A stretch of 64,000 nt of DNA from an uncultured Candidatus Binatia bacterium (GTDB lineage: Bacteria; Desulfobacterota; Binatia; UBA9968; JAJDTQ01), in contig OZ219754.1 in the NCBI GenBank assembly GCA_964291295.2, positions 672,001 through 736,000 on the forward strand, read 5' to 3'. Of the stretch, positions 1 through 10,284 are shown in pieces. The notes below the pieces were generated by a model. It worked only from the letters and a program-made list of their open reading frames with translations. It was not told the DNA's origin and ran no database searches. How positions within the stretch are numbered: position 1 is the stretch's first letter; every line of letters starts with the position of its first letter. The position numbers and the translations under genes were made by a program.

Positions 1-803
1 ACTTCCAGCAGATCTCCCAGGTGGAAGTACGCGGTGCGCTGGGACACCCGGGCGGCCTGCTGCATGGAATGGGTGACGATGGTGATGGTATAGTCGCGCC
101 CCAACTCGTTGATCAGATCCTCCACCTTGGCGGTGGCAATGGGATCGAGGGCCGAGCATGGCTCATCCATGAGAATGACCTCGGGACTCACCGCGATGGT
201 CCGGGCAATGCACAGCCGCTGCTGCTGGCCGCCGGACAGCCCGGTGCCAGGCTGATCCAGCCGGTCGCTCACCTCATCCCACAGGCCGGCGCGCTTGAGG
301 CTCATTTCCACGATCCCCTCGACCTCGGACTTGGACTCCGCCAGCCCGTGGATGCGCACGCCATAGGCGACGTTGTCGAAGATCGACTTCGGGAAGGGAT
401 TGGGCTTCTGGAACACCATGCCGACCATGGCTCTCAGCGGCACCACATCCATGTCCCTGTCGTAGATGTCCTCGCCATCGAGCCTGATCTCGCCGGTCAT
501 GCGGCAGCCGTCGATGGTGTCGTTCATCCGGTTGAGCGCCCGCAGAAAGGTGGACTTGCCGCACCCGGACGGCCCGATCATCGCGAGCACCTGCTCCCGC
601 CCTATGTCCAGACTCACGTTCCTGATGGCGTGGTTGTCGCCGTAATAGACGTTCACGCCACGGCAGGTCATGCGGGGGTCGTCCGTGAACGGCGTGCCCA
701 CGGTCTCGCGGCTTTCACGCCGTTCGTCGACATCCTCCATCTCGGCGGCACCGAACCCCAACGCAGCCGTTTCCATCGTTGCTACACCCGATTGATCTGT
801 CAT
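1..803 (-). CDS. pstB: Phosphate ABC transporter ATP-binding protein (3' end outside window)
   Basis: Manual translation from ATG at 803: [10 protein letters not shown]...[14 protein letters not shown]...GPSGCGKST (Walker A); lies downstream of pstA; not listed in ORF track because it is truncated. Confidence 0.95.
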   Translation of the reverse strand, partial: MTDQSGVATMETAALGFGAAEMEDVDERRESRETVGTPFTDDPRMTCRGVNVYYGDNHAIRNVSLDIGREQVLAMIGPSGCGKSTFLRALNRMNDTIDGCRMTGEIRLDGEDIYDRDMDVVPLRAMVGMVFQKPNPFPKSIFDNVAYGVRIHGLAESKSEVEGIVEMSLKRAGLWDEVSDRLDQPGTGLSGGQQQRLCIARTIAVSPEVILMDEPCSALDPIATAKVEDLINELGRDYTITIVTHSMQQAARVSQRTAYFHLGDLLE

Positions 804-810
804 GGTCGGC

Positions 811-936
811 GTCTCCTGAATTCTCTCGCCCGAACCGTGTCGCCCGGATTCGCTCTCGCCTGAACTCTTTCCGCTGAACCCCTGTCCCCTGAATCCTGTC
901 CTCTGAACTTGTCGCCCGAGCCCTGTCTCCCGAACT
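811..936. repeat. Degenerate ~14-bp tandem repeat (consensus approx TGTCGCCTGAACCC) between pstA and pstB
   Basis: Units such as tctcgcccgaaccg, tctcgcctgaactc, tgtcccctgaatcc, tgtcctctgaact, tgtcgcccgagccc. Confidence 0.7.
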
Positions 937-1024
937 GTTCCCGGTGCCCGCGCTGCTCCCGGTGCCGGCACCCAGGACCGCCACGGGCGGCGGCCCCGAC
1001 CCTCCCCGCACCCTCCCGGATCCG

Positions 1025-2314
1025 CTACCAGCGTCGTTCGAAACACCGCCGCAGCACGACGGCCGCCGCGTTCATGGCGATGAGAAACGTCAGCAGCACC
1101 ATGATCGCTGCGGAAGCCCGTTCCACGAATGCGCGTTCCGGACTGTCCAACCAGAGAAAGATCTGCACGGGCAATGCGGTCGCCGGATCCGTCACGCTTT
1201 GTGGAACGTCCACCACGAACGCGACCATGCCGATCATCAGCAGGGGTGCGGTCTCTCCCAAGGCCCGGGCCATGCCGATGATGGTCCCGGTCAACATGCC
1301 GGGCATGGCCAGGGGCAACACGTGGTGAGCGATCATCTGCATCCTGGACGCCCCTACCCCCAGGGCGGCTTCCCGAATCGAGGGCGGCACGGACGCGAGC
1401 GCCGCGCGGCTGGCGATGATGATGGTGGGGAGGGTCATCAGCGTCAGCACGAGCCCCCCCACCAGCGGCGCGGAACGCGGCAGACTGAAAAAATTGATGA
1501 ACAACGCCAGACCGAGCAGGCCGAAGACGATGGACGGTACGGCCGCGAGGTTGTTGATGTTGACCTCGATCAGGCCGGTCAGGCGATTCCTCGGCGCGAA
1601 CTCCTCCAGGTAGACGGCAGTGGCCACCCCCAGCGGGAAGGACAGCAACAGGGTCACCGCCAGCGTGAAGAACGACCCCATGGCCGCGCCCCGGATGCCC
1701 GCGAGCTCCGGCTCCCGGGAGTCGCCGGCGGTGAAGAAGGCGACATTGAAACGCGATTCGACACGCCCCTCGGCCAAGAGCCGGTCGAACCAGCCGATCT
1801 GCCTGTCGGACAGGCGCCGGGCCGCCTCCGGCAAGGTCCGATCGACGTTGCCCTTGTGAAGCATGTCGTAGTCGTCGTCGACGGGCACCCACAGTTCGGC
1901 TGTGGAGCCAACCAGCGAGGGATCCTCGAGCACCGCGCGGCGAAGCTCGAAGACGGTCCCCCGACTCACCAGCCGGGCGACGGCGCGCCGGTCCCGCCTC
2001 CCCTGAACCTCGGGAAAGAGCGAGCGAACCGAGTCCTTGACCAGACGGCCGTAGTCGGCGGACCCAAGGGTCTCGAGATCGCCGGTGCGCCGGGGATCGA
2101 TCACCTGCGGATCGAAATGGACCGGCAGCCTCACGTAGGTCTGCCGGAAGGCGGGGTAGCCGGTGACGATGATGTTGGCGAACATCAGCACCAGGAACGC
2201 GAGCCCCAGCACCACGGCTGCGCGGCCGCTGTTCCTGAAGCGGCGTTCGGCACGATTCCGGCGGGCCAGCGTCGCGCGTACGCGTTCGATGGTGCGTTTC
2301 GAGCCTGCCGCCAT
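1025..2314 (-). CDS. pstA: Phosphate ABC transporter permease PstA
   Basis: 429 aa; [38 protein letters not shown] motifs. Confidence 0.96.
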   Translation of the reverse strand: MAAGSKRTIERVRATLARRNRAERRFRNSGRAAVVLGLAFLVLMFANIIVTGYPAFRQTYVRLPVHFDPQVIDPRRTGDLETLGSADYGRLVKDSVRSLFPEVQGRRDRRAVARLVSRGTVFELRRAVLEDPSLVGSTAELWVPVDDDYDMLHKGNVDRTLPEAARRLSDRQIGWFDRLLAEGRVESRFNVAFFTAGDSREPELAGIRGAAMGSFFTLAVTLLLSFPLGVATAVYLEEFAPRNRLTGLIEVNINNLAAVPSIVFGLLGLALFINFFSLPRSAPLVGGLVLTLMTLPTIIIASRAALASVPPSIREAALGVGASRMQMIAHHVLPLAMPGMLTGTIIGMARALGETAPLLMIGMVAFVVDVPQSVTDPATALPVQIFLWLDSPERAFVERASAAIMVLLTFLIAMNAAAVVLRRCFERRW

Positions 2315-2316
2315 GG

Positions 2317-3696
2317 CTACTCGTACTGTTCCCGGTACCGGCGCACGACCTGCAGGGCAATGACGTTCAGGCCCAGGGTGACGACGAAGAGCACCAGCCC
2401 CAACGCGAACGCGGCCAGCGTCTTGGCACTGTCGAACTCCTGGTCGCCGGTCAGCAGCGTCACGATCTGAACCGTGACGGTGGTAACCGACCGGAGCGGA
2501 TTGGCGGTGAGGTTGGCGGCCAGGCCGGCGGCCATGACAACGATCATGGTCTCCCCGATGGCGCGTGAGACCGCCAGCAGAACGCCGCCGACGATACCCG
2601 GAAGCGCCGCGGGGACCACCACCTTCCGGATGGTCTCGGACTGGGTCGAACCCAACGCATAGGCGCCGTCACGCATGGCTTGCGGCACGGCGTTGATCAC
2701 GTCATCGGAAAGCGAGGAGACGAACGGAATGATCATCACCCCCATGACCAGGCCGGCGGCCAGGGCGCTTTCGGACGCCACGTCGAGGCCGGCGCGTTCG
2801 CCCAGACCGCGGATGAACGGCGCCACCACAAGGGCCGCGAAGAAACCGTAGACCACGGTGGGTATCCCCGCCAGCACTTCGAGCAGGGGCTTGACCACGC
2901 CGCGCACGTTCGGCTGCGCGTACTCGGCCAGATAAATGGCCGACATCAGGCCCACCGGCACCGCCACCAGCATGGCGATGAAGGAGATCAACAGCGTGCC
3001 GGCGAAGAGCGGAATGGCGCCGAAGGTCCCCGAAGCGCCCACCTGGTCGGCTCGAATGGCCATCTGCGGGCTCCACACGGTGCCGAAGAGAAAATCGCTC
3101 CACGGCACGATCTGAAAGAAGCGGAGCGACTCGAACAGCACCGACAGCACGATCCCGATGGTGGTAAGGATCGCGATGGTCGAACTGGCCATCAGGAGGC
3201 CCAGCACGGTTCGCTCGACGGAATTCCGCGCCCGCTTCCCGGGTTGGATGGCGCGCCATGCCATGGCGGCGCAGAACGCGGCGAACGCCAGCACGGCCGC
3301 GTTGATGGCGATGGCGGCGTATCCCTGCAGCCTCGCGTAACGGTCCGCCGCCGCCACGATAGCCGGACTTTTCCGGGAAGCGATATTGCCGGATGCCAGA
3401 TTACGGATATCGTTGATGACCAGATCAAGCCGCTCCTGCGGCAGGCTCCGGATCTCCCGCGGCAGGTCGGCGACCACGACCTGGGTGACGACCGGGCCTC
3501 GGAGGGTCCCCCCGATGGCCAGCAGCAGGAGTGCGGGCACCGTGGCCCAGAGGGCGGTGTAGAGCCCATGATAGCCTGGAAGGGAGTGGAGGTTGCGGAC
3601 GGTTCCCCGGGCCAGTGAGAGGGAGCGCCGCCAGCCCAGGTAGTAGCTGACGGAGCTCAAGCCCAGCAATGCAAGGATCAGACCCGGGGAACCCAT
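2317..3696 (-). CDS. pstC: Phosphate ABC transporter permease PstC
   Basis: 459 aa; [28 protein letters not shown] motifs. Confidence 0.96.
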   Translation of the reverse strand: MGSPGLILALLGLSSVSYYLGWRRSLSLARGTVRNLHSLPGYHGLYTALWATVPALLLLAIGGTLRGPVVTQVVVADLPREIRSLPQERLDLVINDIRNLASGNIASRKSPAIVAAADRYARLQGYAAIAINAAVLAFAAFCAAMAWRAIQPGKRARNSVERTVLGLLMASSTIAILTTIGIVLSVLFESLRFFQIVPWSDFLFGTVWSPQMAIRADQVGASGTFGAIPLFAGTLLISFIAMLVAVPVGLMSAIYLAEYAQPNVRGVVKPLLEVLAGIPTVVYGFFAALVVAPFIRGLGERAGLDVASESALAAGLVMGVMIIPFVSSLSDDVINAVPQAMRDGAYALGSTQSETIRKVVVPAALPGIVGGVLLAVSRAIGETMIVVMAAGLAANLTANPLRSVTTVTVQIVTLLTGDQEFDSAKTLAAFALGLVLFVVTLGLNVIALQVVRRYREQYE

Positions 3697-3703
3697 GGAT
3701 TAC

Positions 3704-4762
3704 CTACAGACTGAGGCTCTTCAGATTCTTCACGTCCGAAGAGAATTGCTCGCGCTCTTTCTTCGGCATCGGGATCAGCCCCTTGTCGGACAGGTAACCG
3801 TCGTCACCCCAGGCCTTCTCGCTGGTGTACTCGGCCAGGAACTCCCGCATGCCGCTGATCACGCCCAGATGGGCCTTCTTGATGTAGACGTAGAGCGGGC
3901 GCGACACCTGGTAGCTGCCGTCGGCGATGGTCTCGAACTCGGGCTTGACGCCGTTGATGGACGTGCCCTGGATCCTGTCGGTGTTCTGGTCGAGAAAGCT
4001 GAAGCCGAAGATCCCGAAGGCGTCGGGATTGGCGTCCAGCTTCTGCACGATCAGATTGTCGTTCTCGCCCGCCTCGATGAAAGCCCCGTCCTCACGCATG
4101 CTGCGGCAAACGGCCTTTCGGATTTTCGAAGCCAGCTTCTTGATGCCGGAATACTGCTTGCACCCCGCATCCATCACCAGTTCGACGAAAGCATCCCGCG
4201 TGCCGGAGGTCGGCGGCGGCCCCAGCACCTCGATCTTCAGGTCCGGCAACTTCGCGTTGACGTCCTTCCAGGTCTTGTGCGGATTCGCCTTGCGCTGGCT
4301 GCCGTCGGCATTGGCCGGCACGTCCTTGGCCAGGGCGAGGTAGAGGTCGCGAGGCGTGAGCGCAAGCGGCCTGCTCTTCTTCGAATTGGCCACCGCAATG
4401 CCATCGTAGCCGACCTTGAGCTCGACGATCTCCTTGACGCCGTTCCCGGCGCAGCGCTCGACCTCGCTCATCTTGATGCGCCGCGACGAGTTGGTCAGAT
4501 CCGGGTGTTCCACGCCGATGCCGGCACAGAAGAGCTTCAGGCCGCCGCCCGAGCCGGTGGACTCGACCTTGGGGGTCTTGAACCGGGTGGTCTTGCCGAA
4601 CTGTTCGGCAACAACGGTGGTGAACGGATAGACCGTGGACGACCCAACGATCTGGATGTAGTCACGCTGCTGTGCTGCGGCCGGAGTCGCCAGACCCGCC
4701 ACGGCCAACGCGGCGACTGCGGCAGTCAAGAGACCTTTCGGAACTGTGGCTCTCGGAACCAT
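3704..4762 (-). CDS. pstS: Phosphate-binding periplasmic protein PstS
   Basis: ATG 4762 after AAGGAGG; signal peptide; GSSTVYP, STGSGGG, SGTRDAF motifs. Confidence 0.95.
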   Translation of the reverse strand: MVPRATVPKGLLTAAVAALAVAGLATPAAAQQRDYIQIVGSSTVYPFTTVVAEQFGKTTRFKTPKVESTGSGGGLKLFCAGIGVEHPDLTNSSRRIKMSEVERCAGNGVKEIVELKVGYDGIAVANSKKSRPLALTPRDLYLALAKDVPANADGSQRKANPHKTWKDVNAKLPDLKIEVLGPPPTSGTRDAFVELVMDAGCKQYSGIKKLASKIRKAVCRSMREDGAFIEAGENDNLIVQKLDANPDAFGIFGFSFLDQNTDRIQGTSINGVKPEFETIADGSYQVSRPLYVYIKKAHLGVISGMREFLAEYTSEKAWGDDGYLSDKGLIPMPKKEREQFSSDVKNLKSLSL

Positions 4763-4871
4763 GGGTACACCCTCCTTTGGTTGCAACCTTGTCGCTTTGC
4801 CCGGTCCAAGCCCAATCACTCGGCAAGGGGCACCGCGAACCCGTACGTACAGCCGGGAGTGTAGTCAAGGA

Positions 4872-4934
4872 CGATTAACACTCTATGACGGCCGCGTCAC
4901 AGGGGGGTTAAGAGAATGTTACGAGTCTGTTACG
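4872..4934 (-). promoter_or_regulatory. Pho-box array (PhoB-type half-sites at 11-bp spacing)
   Basis: Minus-strand half-sites GTAACA, GTAACA, TTAACC, GTGACG, GTCATA, GTTAAT in 11-bp register directly upstream of pstS. Confidence 0.8.
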
Positions 4935-4998
4935 GCGCTCGGCTGGCACCCGTGCCCGATCTCGCGTAGACTGACCGCATACGTTCGTGTCCGTCGGT

Positions 4999-5124
4999 CC
5001 GCCGTTCCGGATCCGCCATTTCGGGTTCGCCGTCTCGGATCCGTCGTTTCAGATGCGTCGTTCCGGGTTCGTAGTTCCGGGGTCGCCATTTGAGAACCGC
5101 CGTTTCGGGACCATCGTTTCGGAG
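4999..5124. repeat. Nine degenerate 14-bp tandem units (consensus CCGCCGTTTCGGGT)
   Basis: ccgccgttccggat ccgccatttcgggt tcgccgtctcggat ccgtcgtttcagat gcgtcgttccgggt tcgtagttccgggg tcgccatttgagaa ccgccgtttcggga ccatcgtttcggag. Confidence 0.85.
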
Positions 5125-5142
5125 CCGCGTTCGAGGAGTTGC

Positions 5143-5889
5143 ATGATGTTGCGTGTTGCAGCCGGCTGCGTTCTTTTTCTGCTCGCATGGATGGCTCCGG
5201 TCTCTTTCGCTCAACAGCCATCCGGGCCACGTTCCGCGGAAGAAATCGGGAAGATCATCCGGGAGTACCTCCTGGAGAACCCGGAGGTGATCTTCGAGGC
5301 CGTGGCCCGCCACAGGCAGGAGCAGCAGCGGCTGCAGGCGGAACGCGACCGGGCCGCGGTCGCGCAACACGCCCAGACGCTTCTGGCAGACCCCGACTCC
5401 TTCGTGGGCGGCAACCCCGAGGGCAGCGTGACCCTGGTGGAGTTCTTCGACTACAGCTGCGGTGCCTGCAAGCAGTTTGCGCCGCTGCTGAGGCGGATCA
5501 AGGAGCAGGATCCGGAGTTGCGGGTGGTCTACAAGGAGTTCCCGGTGCTGGGTCAGGACTCGGTCCGGGCGGCGCAGGCCGCGCTGGCGGCCCGGAATCA
5601 GGGATACTACCTGGAACTTCATGAAGCCTTGATGGGCGCTGGCGGAATGTTGACCGACGAAACCATCATGACGGTGGCGCGTTCCGTGGGTCTGGACGTG
5701 GAGCGGCTCAAGAAAGACATGGAAACGCCGAGGATCCTCGACATCCTCCACAACAACCACCGTCTCGCCACCGCCCTGAACATCGACGGCACCCCGGCAC
5801 TGATCATCGGCGACAGGATCGTCAGGGGCGCGATCCCGCTGGAGAACCTCGCCGCGGTGATCGCCCAGGCCCGGACCAAGGGCTCCTGA
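5143..5889 (+). CDS. DsbA-family (Com1/ScsC-like) thiol-disulfide oxidoreductase
   Basis: Signal peptide, IREYLLENPEVI, EFFDYSCGACK (CxxC), GTP cis-Pro loop; GAGGAG RBS before ATG 5143. Confidence 0.9.
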   Translation: MMLRVAAGCVLFLLAWMAPVSFAQQPSGPRSAEEIGKIIREYLLENPEVIFEAVARHRQEQQRLQAERDRAAVAQHAQTLLADPDSFVGGNPEGSVTLVEFFDYSCGACKQFAPLLRRIKEQDPELRVVYKEFPVLGQDSVRAAQAALAARNQGYYLELHEALMGAGGMLTDETIMTVARSVGLDVERLKKDMETPRILDILHNNHRLATALNIDGTPALIIGDRIVRGAIPLENLAAVIAQARTKGS

Positions 5890-5955
5890 CCCGGCCGGTT
5901 CATCACCGGCCGGCAGCCCCCCTCAGCGCACGCCGCCATCGCGGCCGATTCCGCC

Positions 5956-6771
5956 ATGACCGAAACCCTCGAGAAGATACGCGTGGTGCTGGTTCGGCCC
6001 AAGGGGTCCGGCAACATCGGGTCCGTGGCCCGGGCCATGAAGAACACCGGCGTCCGGGACCTGGCACTCGTGGGCGGCGGGCGCACCGCGAGCCTCTCGG
6101 CCCGTTCCATGGCGGTTCACGCCCGGGACATCCTGGACGGCGCACACCGATTCGAAACCATTCGCGAAGCGGTCGCGGACTGCGGCCTGGTGGTGGGGAC
6201 CACCTGCCGCAAGGGGCTTTACCGCGACCGTGTCCAACTCCCTCGTGAAGCCGCGCAGGATCTGGTGGCAGCCGTGCGGGACGATGACGCCAGACCGGCG
6301 GCGCTCCTGTTCGGGCCGGAGGACCACGGCCTGAGCAACGCGGACATCCGGTATTGCCAGCGCCTCGTCACGATTCCGAGCCACCCGGAACAGCCGTCCC
6401 TCAACCTGGCCCAGGCCGTCATGGTGTGCCTGTACGAAGTCTACCGGGCGGCGGCCCCGGGGCCGCCGCCCGCCGGGCACATCAAGCGGGCGCCGGTGGA
6501 AGCGGTCGAGGCCCTGTTCGACCGCATGAGGGCGACCCTCCTCGAGGTGGGCTTTCTCGACCCCCGGAATCCCGAGCACATCCTCCTGGCGCTGCGCCGC
6601 ATCCTTGGGCGCGCAGGCCTTGAGGAGCGGGACGTCAAGATCCTCAGCGGCCTGTTCCGCCAAGTGGGATGGTATACCCGGGGCGGCCGGAAAGTGGCGA
6701 AAGAGAAGGCGGAACAGTTGGCCGAAGCGGATGCGGCAGAGGAAGGGCGGCAGGGGGTGCGGCTGCGGTAG
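5956..6771 (+). CDS. trmJ: TrmJ/TrmH SPOUT RNA methyltransferase
   Basis: GNIGSVARAMKN, LLFGPEDHGLSN, SLNLAQAV motifs. Confidence 0.9.
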   Translation: MTETLEKIRVVLVRPKGSGNIGSVARAMKNTGVRDLALVGGGRTASLSARSMAVHARDILDGAHRFETIREAVADCGLVVGTTCRKGLYRDRVQLPREAAQDLVAAVRDDDARPAALLFGPEDHGLSNADIRYCQRLVTIPSHPEQPSLNLAQAVMVCLYEVYRAAAPGPPPAGHIKRAPVEAVEALFDRMRATLLEVGFLDPRNPEHILLALRRILGRAGLEERDVKILSGLFRQVGWYTRGGRKVAKEKAEQLAEADAAEEGRQGVRLR

Positions 6772-6785
6772 TCCGCCGGTGCGCG

Positions 6786-7703
6786 TCACCGGCTTCGCAC
6801 CGTCCGGAGCTCCTGCAATTCCTCCAGGTCTTCCAGCGTTCGCGGCCAGTCCTTTTTCATGAGGCGCGACAGAGAGCGGTCCGCCAGCAGCCGTCCGCCG
6901 GTCTGGCAGCGGGCGCAGTAGTTGCATTCGTTGGCCGCGTAGCGGATCCGCTGCACGCGGGAGCCGCAGTCCGGACAAGGCTCCCGGTAACGCCCGTGCA
7001 CGGCCATGCCCGGCCGGAACGCCGTCACCTTCTCGGGAAAGGCGCCGCCGGTCTCCTGGCGGAGCTTGCGGCACCAGCCCTGAAGCACATCCCGGACCGC
7101 GTCGAAGAGGGTTTCGGTCTCCGCCTCGTCAAGCTGCCGCGTCTGCTTCATCGGCGACAGCCGGGCGCGGTGCAGTATCTCGTCGGAGTAGGCGTTGCCG
7201 ATGCCGCTGAACAGGCGCGGATCGGTGAGAGAACGCTTGAGCGTGTGGTTCTCGCTCCGCAGCACGCGCCGGAAAGCCTCCAGCGCGCAGTCCAGCACCT
7301 CGAGGCCGCCGGGGTCGTGGCGCTTCAGGTCGGCGGCGCCGCGCACGAGATGCAACGACGCGCGTTTTCTGGATCCGGCCTCGGTGAGGACCAGGGTGCC
7401 GGACGAAAGATCGAAGGCCGCCAGCCCGAGCCGGCCCGGGATGCGGGCGCCCCGCGCCCGCCAGCGGAACCGCCCGGCGATCATCAGATGAACGACCAGG
7501 AAGAGGTCGCCCTCCAGTTCGACGACGATGCGCTTGCCCAAACGCCGAAGACCCCGCACTCGGCGGTTCCCGGCTTCCTCGATGGGCGGATCCACGGACC
7601 GGAGCACGAACGGACTCGCGAGGCGGACCCTTTCCAGAGTCTCGCCCACGACACGCGGCTCCAGGGCGTGCATGTAGAGCACGATATCCGGCAGCTCGGG
7701 CAT
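6786..7703 (-). CDS. Fpg/Nei-family DNA glycosylase
   Basis: N-terminal MPELPD, HLMIAG, SGIGNAYSDEIL (H2TH), C-terminal CPDC...CARCQ zinc finger. Confidence 0.92.
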   Translation of the reverse strand: MPELPDIVLYMHALEPRVVGETLERVRLASPFVLRSVDPPIEEAGNRRVRGLRRLGKRIVVELEGDLFLVVHLMIAGRFRWRARGARIPGRLGLAAFDLSSGTLVLTEAGSRKRASLHLVRGAADLKRHDPGGLEVLDCALEAFRRVLRSENHTLKRSLTDPRLFSGIGNAYSDEILHRARLSPMKQTRQLDEAETETLFDAVRDVLQGWCRKLRQETGGAFPEKVTAFRPGMAVHGRYREPCPDCGSRVQRIRYAANECNYCARCQTGGRLLADRSLSRLMKKDWPRTLEDLEELQELRTVRSR

Positions 7704-7990
7704 GCGGCCTCCCGATGCGGGCACAGGCAGGTTCGAAATGCCGTTCGGCGCCACGCCGCGCAGCCGCTCGCGGCCGTTTTCTTCCCGCCGCACGGCCTCC
7801 GCCTTCCCGGTTTCCGTGACCCTGGAACCGTGACCCTGGGAAAGCGGATCTGAACCAGTCAACAGGCGGTGTCGAACAACGGAGCCATGGACACGGAGCT
7901 TCCCGCATGGAATCCGTCGCGTGTCCATGCATGGCGCCCCCTGTTACGGCATGCGCGGACAGGCGTATGACGCAAAAGCGCGCGAGACGA

Positions 7991-8380
7991 TCATGGTTCC
8001 CGCGCTGCCTCCAGGTCACAGAGCGGAATATCCATGGCGCGGGCAACGGCGATCATCCGCCGATCATGGCTCGCGAGTGCCACGTCTTGGCCGTTCTCCG
8101 CCAGATACGCGCACGACGCCAGATGCAGGGCGTCAAGGGTTCTCAACGAGCCGGGGCCGGGAAAGGCCTCCAGCGCCCGCGCCAGAACCGACGGAGCGAG
8201 TTCCAGCAACGCACAGCCGGCGGGCTGTCTCGCCATGGGTCCCGGCGAGTCCGCGCCGGTGCAGCGACGACCATATCTCGTATTCCAGCAGCCGGCTGGA
8301 AACCAGGGTTTCGTCCCGGAGCGATGCCGGGGGCTGGCGATCCTCGGCGACAAGATGTGCAAGCGCGACCGACGTGTCGA
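7991..8380 (-). pseudogene. vapC: PIN-domain (VapC) toxin, start lost and frameshifted
   Basis: DTSVALAHLVAED...SSRLLEYEIW in one frame, continuing as LLELAPSVLARA...RTLDALHLAS...SHDRRM in another. Confidence 0.8.
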
Positions 8381-8637
8381 CTCTCGGCCAGTTCCGCCAG
8401 AACCTCGTCCAACCGGGCAACCGGCGGCGGCCCCGAACCTGCCAGCGCCGGCGGCGCGAGCACGCCGGAGCGCACCGCATGGGCCAGGAAAGCGTCGGCG
8501 AGGACCGGGCTCCGGGGCGGTCCGAGCTCCGCCACCACCCGGTCCCGCTCCGTCACCAGGACCGTTTCTCCCGACGCGGCGAGCCGAACATACTCGCTCA
8601 GCCTGTTGTGCAGCACCTTGATCCCGACCGATCTCAT
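8143..8637 (-). pseudogene. Phd/YefM antitoxin with lost stop codon (read-through to 8143)
   Basis: MRSVGIKVLHNRLSEYVRLAASGETVLVTERDRVVAEL; recognisable antitoxin ends near 8375. Confidence 0.75.
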
Positions 8638-8643
8638 GCATCC

Positions 8644-8672
8644 AAGGTAGTGACCGGTCGCCACCGCGTCAA
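8644..8672 (-). promoter_or_regulatory. Sigma70-type promoter with palindromic operator for the TA pair
   Basis: TTGACG-N17-TACCTT ending 6 nt before ATG (leaderless-type); near-palindrome GTAGTGACCGGTCGCCAC at 8647-8664. Confidence 0.65.
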
Positions 8673-9043
8673 CCACCGGCGCGGGCAGACTCCACCAAAC
8701 CGTCAAGCCGGCGCCGGCGAGGAGTTGCGCTTCCTCGCCCGGCGAGGCCGACCGCGGTGCGTCCCGTTCGCCCATCTCATCCTCCCTTGCGTGCGTTCAC
8801 CGCCGCGGCCGGCCTGCTCGGAACGATTCGATGTCCGTCACCTGGAGCCCCCGCGGTACGCTTTCCGCGCGGACGAGGAGACGCCGCCCCGGAGCCCGGT
8901 CGGCCATGCTGGATCTCGCCAGTCCCGGATCACCAGGAGCCCCTGCTTATCAAGGGACTCCCGACAGCGCAGACGCCTCGTCAACAGGTCGCGGCGGCTC
9001 GCACGGGAATCGCGTCAGATGTCGCCCCGCTGCGGCGACGTCC

Positions 9044-10204
9044 CTACGGCAGTCCCAGGACCCGTCTGGCGGTGACATTGCGCTGGATCTCGCTGGTGCC
9101 GGCATAGATGGAGATGCGCCGGGCCTGGCGCCACAGCACCGACACATCCACCGGACCTTCCGGCGTCTCGAGCGGGCCGGCGCCGGCGGCGTGCTCGCCG
9201 GCGGCGTCCAGCAGAAGGTCGGCAATGCGCTGCACGATGTCCGTGGAGACGATCTTGATAAAGGAGGCGTCCGCACCGATGTCGCGCCCCGCGCGCGCCA
9301 GTTGCACCGCGTGGGCGAACACCGCCGACTGCGCCAGCACATCCAGTTCCGCCTGCGTCAGCCGCTCCTGGAACACCGGGTCGGCAAAGGCGCCGGTGGC
9401 CCGCGCCACCTTGCGCACGCGCTCCAGCATGTCCAGTGCCAGTTGCGGATTGGCGTTGCCAAGACGTTCCGAGTCCAGCAGCGCCTTGGCCACGCGCCAG
9501 CCGTCGTTCAGCTTCCCCACCACGTTGGCGAGCGGTACGCGCACATTGTCGAAGAACTCTTCGGCGAACTCCTCATCGTCCGCCAGCGTCCTGATGGGTC
9601 GGATGGTGATGCCCGGCGTCCGGAGGTCGATGAGCACCATGGAGATGCCCGACTGCTTGCGCGGTGCGTCCGGGTCCGTGCGCACCAGCGCGTACATCCA
9701 GTCGGCGTAGTGACCGCCGGTGGTCCATATCTTGTGGCCGTTGATGACGAGATGGTCGCCGTCGATCTCACCGCGGGTACGCAGGCTGGCCAGGTCGGAC
9801 CCCGCGCCGGGCTCGGAATAGCCCTGCGCCCACAGCACCTCCCCGGAGAGCATCCGGGGCAGGTGCTCCGCCTTCTGCTCCTCGGTGCCGTGACGGATCA
9901 GGATCGGCCCGATGTGCCCCACCGCCTGCCGCGACAGCACCGGCGCCCCGGCGCGCCCCAACTCCTCCTGAAGGATCAACTGCTGGTTTAGGGTGGCGTC
10001 CATGCCGCCGTACCGCGTGGGCCAGTTGGGCGCGATCCAGCCGCGTTCGCAGAGCTTGCGCTGCCACGGCCGGATCAGCTCCGGCGGCGGCCGGGTGGAC
10101 CAGCCCTTCAACTCCGGCGGCAGATTCTCCTCCAGCCAGCTCCGCACCTCCAGCCGGAACGCCGCGTCCTCCCTGGTGTCCGCCATGAAGCTGCCGGTGC
10201 TCAT
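9044..10204 (-). CDS. Acyl-CoA dehydrogenase
   Basis: QGYSEPGAGSDLASL, NGHKIWTT, IYAGTSEIQRN; alternative start 10186. Confidence 0.93.
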   Translation of the reverse strand: MSTGSFMADTREDAAFRLEVRSWLEENLPPELKGWSTRPPPELIRPWQRKLCERGWIAPNWPTRYGGMDATLNQQLILQEELGRAGAPVLSRQAVGHIGPILIRHGTEEQKAEHLPRMLSGEVLWAQGYSEPGAGSDLASLRTRGEIDGDHLVINGHKIWTTGGHYADWMYALVRTDPDAPRKQSGISMVLIDLRTPGITIRPIRTLADDEEFAEEFFDNVRVPLANVVGKLNDGWRVAKALLDSERLGNANPQLALDMLERVRKVARATGAFADPVFQERLTQAELDVLAQSAVFAHAVQLARAGRDIGADASFIKIVSTDIVQRIADLLLDAAGEHAAGAGPLETPEGPVDVSVLWRQARRISIYAGTSEIQRNVTARRVLGLP

Positions 10205-10284
10205 GCCGCGGACCCTACCAAAGCCCGCCGCGGTTGCAAAGTTGCCACCGCCGGACGTGCCGGCCTATACTCTCGCCCGGTCTC

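Noticed and set aside
4999-5124. CRISPR interpretation of the 14-bp arrays (also 36953-37022)
   Set aside because: Units are contiguous with no spacers and too short.
7886-7929. Inverted repeat CATGGACACG...CGTGTCCATG
   Set aside because: Single 10-bp stem with no second copy or U-tract; function not supportable.
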